60,848 bases of DNA from Nitrospirota bacterium (lineage in GTDB: Bacteria > Nitrospirota > Thermodesulfovibrionia > UBA6902), in the NCBI GenBank assembly GCA_016222915.1, contig JACRQA010000178.1, forward strand, positions 1 through 60,848. Direction: 5' to 3'. The notes under the pieces are model-generated. The model saw only the letters and a program-made list of their open reading frames with translations, was not told the DNA's origin and did no database searches. Of the stretch, positions 56,423 through 60,848 are shown piece after piece (within the stretch, counting starts at the first letter, position 1; each line of letters begins with the position of its first letter). The position numbers were made by a program, and so were the translations under genes.

Positions 56423-58634
56423 CGAAGAGCCATTGGCGCATAGCGCAAAACCGGACAAGGGCATCCCTCCGCAGACATACGCAAAACACATAGCAGGAGT
56501 TATGGAGCGGGCAACTGAAAATATATCGGCGATGACGCAGTATTTTTCAGGGGATGCTCAGGTTTTGCAAGAGGTAGTAGAACGGGCGGCTCTGCTTCAT
56601 GATTTGGGTAAGCTGGATGTAGCTAATCAGGCGGTTTTAAAAAAAGGCGGCAAGAAACATTTGCCTTTGAATCATGTTGATGCCGGTTCAGCCTACTTAT
56701 CTGAAAGCAAAGAATTTGCAGCAGCCTTCTTTGTGTATGGACATCACATCGGGTTGCAATCTGTTCCATATGAGACCGGAAGGGAAGGCCTATTTTTGCG
56801 GGATAACAAAATTTACAAAGAGGTTGATCAAAAGATCGAGGACTACCTTGCTGACCATAAAAAGTGGTTCGGAGTAGTCGAGAAATCATCAGGAAAGAGC
56901 CCTAAAATAACAGGTTTGACAAGGCGGCTGGCTTTTTCGTGCATGGTCGATGGTGATTATGGCGATACAGCCGTGCATTATGGCGGCGAATCGGACAAGC
57001 TACCAGTAAGCCCGAAATGGGAAGATCGCCTTGTGAAATTAAATGAGTATGTTCAGGACTTGCAAAACAAACCCGACGCTTCAAAAGCGCGTAAAAAACA
57101 GAGGCAAAAGGCTTACGAGTCTTGCCGGAATGCGGACACACAGCCCAGCTTATACTCATGCGACAGTCCGGTAGGCACTGGTAAGACTACAGCAGTTATG
57201 GCTCATCTTCTCCGTGCAGCAATTGATAAAGAGTTGAGACATGTTTTTGTGGTATTGCCTTACACAAATATCATCAAACAATCAGTGGATGTTTATCGTA
57301 AGGCGCTTGTTATTACCGGCGAGAATCCTGAAGAAGTTGTTGCCGAACACCATCATCAAGCTGATTTTTCAAGCTATGACTTGCGTCAGCACGCTTCCTT
57401 GTGGACTGCGCCTATTATCGTAACAACAGCGGTTCAATTCTTTGAGACCTTAGGCGCGAATCATCCGGCTCAATTGCGAAAACTACATGAATTGCCGGGG
57501 TCTGCAATATTCTTGGACGAAGCACATGCAGCTATCCCTACCTGGCTATGGCCGCAGGCATGGCGCTGGCTGAAAGATTTGGCTGATAATTGGCGATGTC
57601 GTTTTGTATTTGCATCAGGGTCGCTTCCTCAGTTTTGGCGGAACGATAAGATCACAACAGCTATTGAGGATGTGCCGAATCTTTTGGGTGCTCAACAGCG
57701 GGTGCAAGCAAATAAGCAGGAAAAAGAGCGGGTAGTATATTTCGAGAACGAGGAAGAGTTTGATGTTAATGGTCTGATGAACTTTATACAGTCAAAAAAA
57801 GGACCAAGACTTGTTGTCTTAAATACTGTACAGTCTGCGGCAGTTCTCGCTTGGAAAATGCAAAAGACAGGTAAGCAAGTCACGCATTTGTCGACTGCAT
57901 TAACCCCTAATGACAGAGACGCCCTTGTTGAGGACATAAAAATGAGACTGCAAATAAAAGACGACACAGATTGGTCACTTGTAGCAACAAGCTGCGTTGA
58001 AGCAGGGATGGATTTCTCTTTCGCTACGGCATTCCGGGAAAGTTGTAGCGCCGCGAGCTTGATACAGATCGGCGGACGCGTTAACCGACACGGGAATTCA
58101 GCACAAGCAGAAGTGTTCGACTTTCGTGTTAATGATCCTCTCATGAAAAATAATCCCCAGTTAAGAACATCGAGAAATGTTTTAAAGACGTTATTTGAGG
58201 AGAAATATTTCGAGAGAAAAGACCCGACTGAAATAGTTTCAGAAGCAATGAGGCGTGAACTGATGAGCGATTTCGGTGATTTTGAGAGCAAGTCTAAGGA
58301 AATAACAGATCATGAAAATAAAAACGATTATCCTAAAGTGGCAGAGTTATGTAAGGTCATCGATGCCGATACACGGTTGGTAGTTGTATCACCTGAAATC
58401 GTTAATGCTTTGAAAGGGTATGAAAAAATTGATCCGGTAGACTTAATTCGCAATAGTGTGCAGATTCGATTTATCAAAATCAAGACGACTCAATTTAACA
58501 GTTTTTGTATCCCTGTTAATGATCATCGAGAGATATATGCTTGGCAAGGTAAATATGATGGCAAGTTTTTAGGGTATATGGAAGCTATAATCCCATTACT
58601 TGAACTGGATGTTGATGGGTTTGCAATATTATGA
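56415..58634 (+). CDS. cas3: Cas3 nuclease-helicase (HD plus SF2 helicase), full length
   Basis: HD motifs AHS, LLHDLGK, YGHHIG and MVDGDYGD. Helicase motifs SPVGTGKT, FLDEAHA and QIGGRVNRHG. Confidence 0.9.
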   Translation: MNSEEPLAHSAKPDKGIPPQTYAKHIAGVMERATENISAMTQYFSGDAQVLQEVVERAALLHDLGKLDVANQAVLKKGGKKHLPLNHVDAGSAYLSESKEFAAAFFVYGHHIGLQSVPYETGREGLFLRDNKIYKEVDQKIEDYLADHKKWFGVVEKSSGKSPKITGLTRRLAFSCMVDGDYGDTAVHYGGESDKLPVSPKWEDRLVKLNEYVQDLQNKPDASKARKKQRQKAYESCRNADTQPSLYSCDSPVGTGKTTAVMAHLLRAAIDKELRHVFVVLPYTNIIKQSVDVYRKALVITGENPEEVVAEHHHQADFSSYDLRQHASLWTAPIIVTTAVQFFETLGANHPAQLRKLHELPGSAIFLDEAHAAIPTWLWPQAWRWLKDLADNWRCRFVFASGSLPQFWRNDKITTAIEDVPNLLGAQQRVQANKQEKERVVYFENEEEFDVNGLMNFIQSKKGPRLVVLNTVQSAAVLAWKMQKTGKQVTHLSTALTPNDRDALVEDIKMRLQIKDDTDWSLVATSCVEAGMDFSFATAFRESCSAASLIQIGGRVNRHGNSAQAEVFDFRVNDPLMKNNPQLRTSRNVLKTLFEEKYFERKDPTEIVSEAMRRELMSDFGDFESKSKEITDHENKNDYPKVAELCKVIDADTRLVVVSPEIVNALKGYEKIDPVDLIRNSVQIRFIKIKTTQFNSFCIPVNDHREIYAWQGKYDGKFLGYMEAIIPLLELDVDGFAIL

Positions 58635-58707
58635 GGTACGCCAATCAATGACTATATTAAAGATCAATTTGAACAACTTTAAAACCATAAGAGGGGGACA
58701 ACACACA

Positions 58708-59301
58708 ATGACTAACCCAAAGGACCACCCACACCTCATCCCGCCGCACGGCGGCTACCGCAACCTGCGGTCTTATCAGACCGCTGAACTTGTCTACGAC
58801 TACACTGTGGTATTTTGCAACCGCTTTATCGACAAGAGATCGCGCACGCATGATCAAATGGTGCAGGCAGCGCGGAGCGGAGTGCAGAACATTGCAGAAG
58901 GTAGTATGGCTTCCGCGACCTCGAAGAAGACAGAGCTCAAACTGACCAGCGTTGCCCGAGCGAGTCTGGAAGAGTTGTTACTGGACTTCCAGGCTTTTCT
59001 CCGACAAAGGGGCTTGCGCATTTGGGCCAAAGATTCACCGGAGGCCCTTGCGGTGAGGAGAAAGTATCCGTCCGACAAGGCTGACAGGTCTGACACATCG
59101 CACATGTCCGATCCTTATTCTTTGAAGACAGCTTCGCCTGAGGTTGCAGCCAACACAATGATTTGTCTGACCAACCAGGCCAGCTATCTTCTTGGGCGAC
59201 AGCTTAAAAAGCTCGAACAGCAATTCCTGACAGAGGGCGGTTTCACTGAGAGGCTCTATAATGCGCGAACACAAATGCGCAATGGGAGAAGGAAGACTTG
59301 A
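58708..59301 (+). CDS. four-helix-bundle protein (23S rRNA IVS / Avd-like family) with C-terminal suffix domain
   Basis: LIPPHGGYRNLRSYQTAELVYDYTVVFCNRF...QNIAEGS and C-terminal TEGGFTERLYNAR. ATG at 58708 has SD GAGGGGGA. Confidence 0.75.
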   Translation: MTNPKDHPHLIPPHGGYRNLRSYQTAELVYDYTVVFCNRFIDKRSRTHDQMVQAARSGVQNIAEGSMASATSKKTELKLTSVARASLEELLLDFQAFLRQRGLRIWAKDSPEALAVRRKYPSDKADRSDTSHMSDPYSLKTASPEVAANTMICLTNQASYLLGRQLKKLEQQFLTEGGFTERLYNARTQMRNGRRKT

Positions 59302-59924
59302 ATTATACCGAAGATGAACTCATCATGCTCTCTGCCTTGCAACACCTTGTCTTCTGCGAACGGCAGTGTGCGTTAATCCATATTGAGCAACTGTGGTCTG
59401 AAAACGTACTGACTGCCGAAGGAAAGATCATACACGACAAAGTTGACACTGCAAACCGGGAATCACGAGGCAAGATTCGCATCGACTATTGTGTCCCACT
59501 GCGGTCACTGAGGCTCGGATTAATCGGCAAGGCGGATGTAGTTGAATTTCATCGGAAGGCCGACGGGATGTGGCAGCCTTTTCCTGTAGAATACAAACGA
59601 GGCAAACCCAAGATTGATGACAGCGATAAAGTTCAGCTTTGTGCTCAGGCGCTCTGCCTGGAAGAAATGCTCAATGTCGAGATTAGTGAGGGCGCTCTTT
59701 TTTACGGACAGACCCGGCGCAGGGAGGATGTTGTTTTCGATAACGCTTTGAGAATGGAGACAGAGGATACAGCAAGAAAGGTCCATGAACTTATCGCATC
59801 GGGCATTACACCAAAAGCCGAATATTCAAAGAAGTGCAAGCAATGTTCCTTGCTTGAGCTATGCATGCCGAGGATAAACAGGAAGGCGAGTAAATATTTA
59901 CTGATGGTAATCGAGGAGGAGTAA
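59298..59924 (+). CDS. cas4: Cas4 RecB-like exonuclease (4-Cys cluster)
   Basis: LQHLVFCERQCAL, GKADVVEF...VEYKRGK and C-terminal CKQCSLLELC. Confidence 0.88.
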   Translation: MNYTEDELIMLSALQHLVFCERQCALIHIEQLWSENVLTAEGKIIHDKVDTANRESRGKIRIDYCVPLRSLRLGLIGKADVVEFHRKADGMWQPFPVEYKRGKPKIDDSDKVQLCAQALCLEEMLNVEISEGALFYGQTRRREDVVFDNALRMETEDTARKVHELIASGITPKAEYSKKCKQCSLLELCMPRINRKASKYLLMVIEEE

Positions 59925-59927
59925 AGA

Positions 59928-60848
59928 ATGCCTATGAAGAAAAAGGGAGACAGCATGCCAATTAAAAGCAATTTACTTTTTTATCAGGCAGAGGACGGTA
60001 AAATCAGGCTTGAAGTCCGTCTGCAGGATGAAACGGTCTGGTTAAGCCAGAAGCTCATGGCGGAGCTTTTCCAGAAAGATGTACGAACGATCAATGAACA
60101 CATCATTAATATTTATGAAGAGGGAGAACTGGCTCCGGAGTCAACTGTCCGGAAATTCCGGATAGTTCGGACAGAAGGGAAAAGGGAAGTCGGACGGGAC
60201 ATTGATTACTACAACCTCGATGTGATTATTTCTGTAGGTTACAGGGTGAAGTCTCATCGCGGCACACAGTTCCGCATCTGGGCTACCCAGCGGCTGCGGG
60301 AGTACATTATAAAGGGGTTCACTCTGGACGATGAGCGGCTGAAGCAGGCCGGAGGCGGTAATTATTTTGATGAGCTGCTCGCCCGTATCCGGGACATACG
60401 GTCCTCTGAAAAAATCTTCTGGCGCAAGGTGCTCGATATTTACGCGACCAGCATAGACTATGATCCACACAATGATCTTTCTCAGAAATTCTTTGCTGTT
60501 ATACAGAACAAGATGCACTGGGCCGCCCATGGCCATACTGCCGCTGAAATTATTTACCACAGGGCGGATGCCGCTAAACCCAACATGGGAATGACTACAT
60601 GGCTGGGAGACAAACCTCGAAAGACTGACGCCGAAATCGCCAAGAATTATCTGAACGAGCAAGAGTTGGATGTGTTAAACCGTATCGTCACCATGTATCT
60701 CGACTTCGCCGAGCTTCAGGCCCTGAACCGCAAGCCTATGTATATGCGTGATTGGATTGCTAAGCTGGACGATTTTCTAAAGCTGACAGGCAGGGATATT
60801 TTGAGCCATGCGGGGAAGGTCACACATGATGATGCGTTGCAAAGGGCA
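59928..60848 (+). CDS. rhuM: RhuM-family protein, 3'-truncated by the window edge
   Basis: Open frame to the window end; not in the ORF track because it has no stop. LFYQAEDGKIRLEV...VWLSQKLMAELF, YYNLDVIISVGYRVKSHRGTQFRIWATQRLREYIIKGF. Confidence 0.85.
   Translation, partial: MPMKKKGDSMPIKSNLLFYQAEDGKIRLEVRLQDETVWLSQKLMAELFQKDVRTINEHIINIYEEGELAPESTVRKFRIVRTEGKREVGRDIDYYNLDVIISVGYRVKSHRGTQFRIWATQRLREYIIKGFTLDDERLKQAGGGNYFDELLARIRDIRSSEKIFWRKVLDIYATSIDYDPHNDLSQKFFAVIQNKMHWAAHGHTAAEIIYHRADAAKPNMGMTTWLGDKPRKTDAEIAKNYLNEQELDVLNRIVTMYLDFAELQALNRKPMYMRDWIAKLDDFLKLTGRDILSHAGKVTHDDALQRA

Noticed and set aside
60141-60662. 173-aa minus-strand ORF near the window end.
   Set aside because: It is antisense to the open RhuM frame, which has a strong family signature.

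Overview
This is a 60.8-kb bacterial chromosomal window. All calls come from motif recognition on the supplied translations and from reading the DNA; no searches were run, and the lineage cannot be assigned from this sequence alone. Positions 1-34 kb are mostly tightly packed housekeeping genes: tRNA-Thr, dksA-like, pdxJ, nnr, pgeF, tsaE, nadK, a family-4 UDG, rpoD, argJ-argC, rplM-rpsI, a dapB/dapF/lysA block, tilS and gltX. Two things interrupt this stretch. One is a seven-gene type II FAS/PKS-like lipid cluster (14.5-21.2 kb) ending in a CrtI-family oxidoreductase. The other is a module of two histidine kinases plus an HD-GYP response regulator. Positions 34.7-40.4 kb carry the most interesting locus: a co-oriented, apparently single-promoter trio. 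It encodes a TIR-NB-ARC-TPR STAND protein, a stand-alone RyR-domain protein, and a membrane-anchored patatin-like phospholipase with a long helical N-domain. A frameshifted antitoxin fragment abuts it. I propose this trio as a candidate uncharacterised defence system. Positions 40.4-51.8 kb hold membrane and sensor genes, a HerA-like ATPase, glnS (flanked by a repeated 25-30 nt palindrome), gpsA and larB-larC. Positions 51.9-60.8 kb hold a rearranged type I-C-like cas locus. A cas3 HD stub sits at the canonical position, a full cas3 lies after cas7, a four-helix-bundle gene lies between cas3 and cas4, and ORF6N and RhuM genes flank the locus. No CRISPR array, cas1 or cas2 falls inside the window. 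Smaller observations include a dual-CXXC mini-ORF with an in-frame TGA and a downstream hairpin, heptanucleotide tandem repeats inside tilS and larC, and a GTAGGGGC palindrome family.
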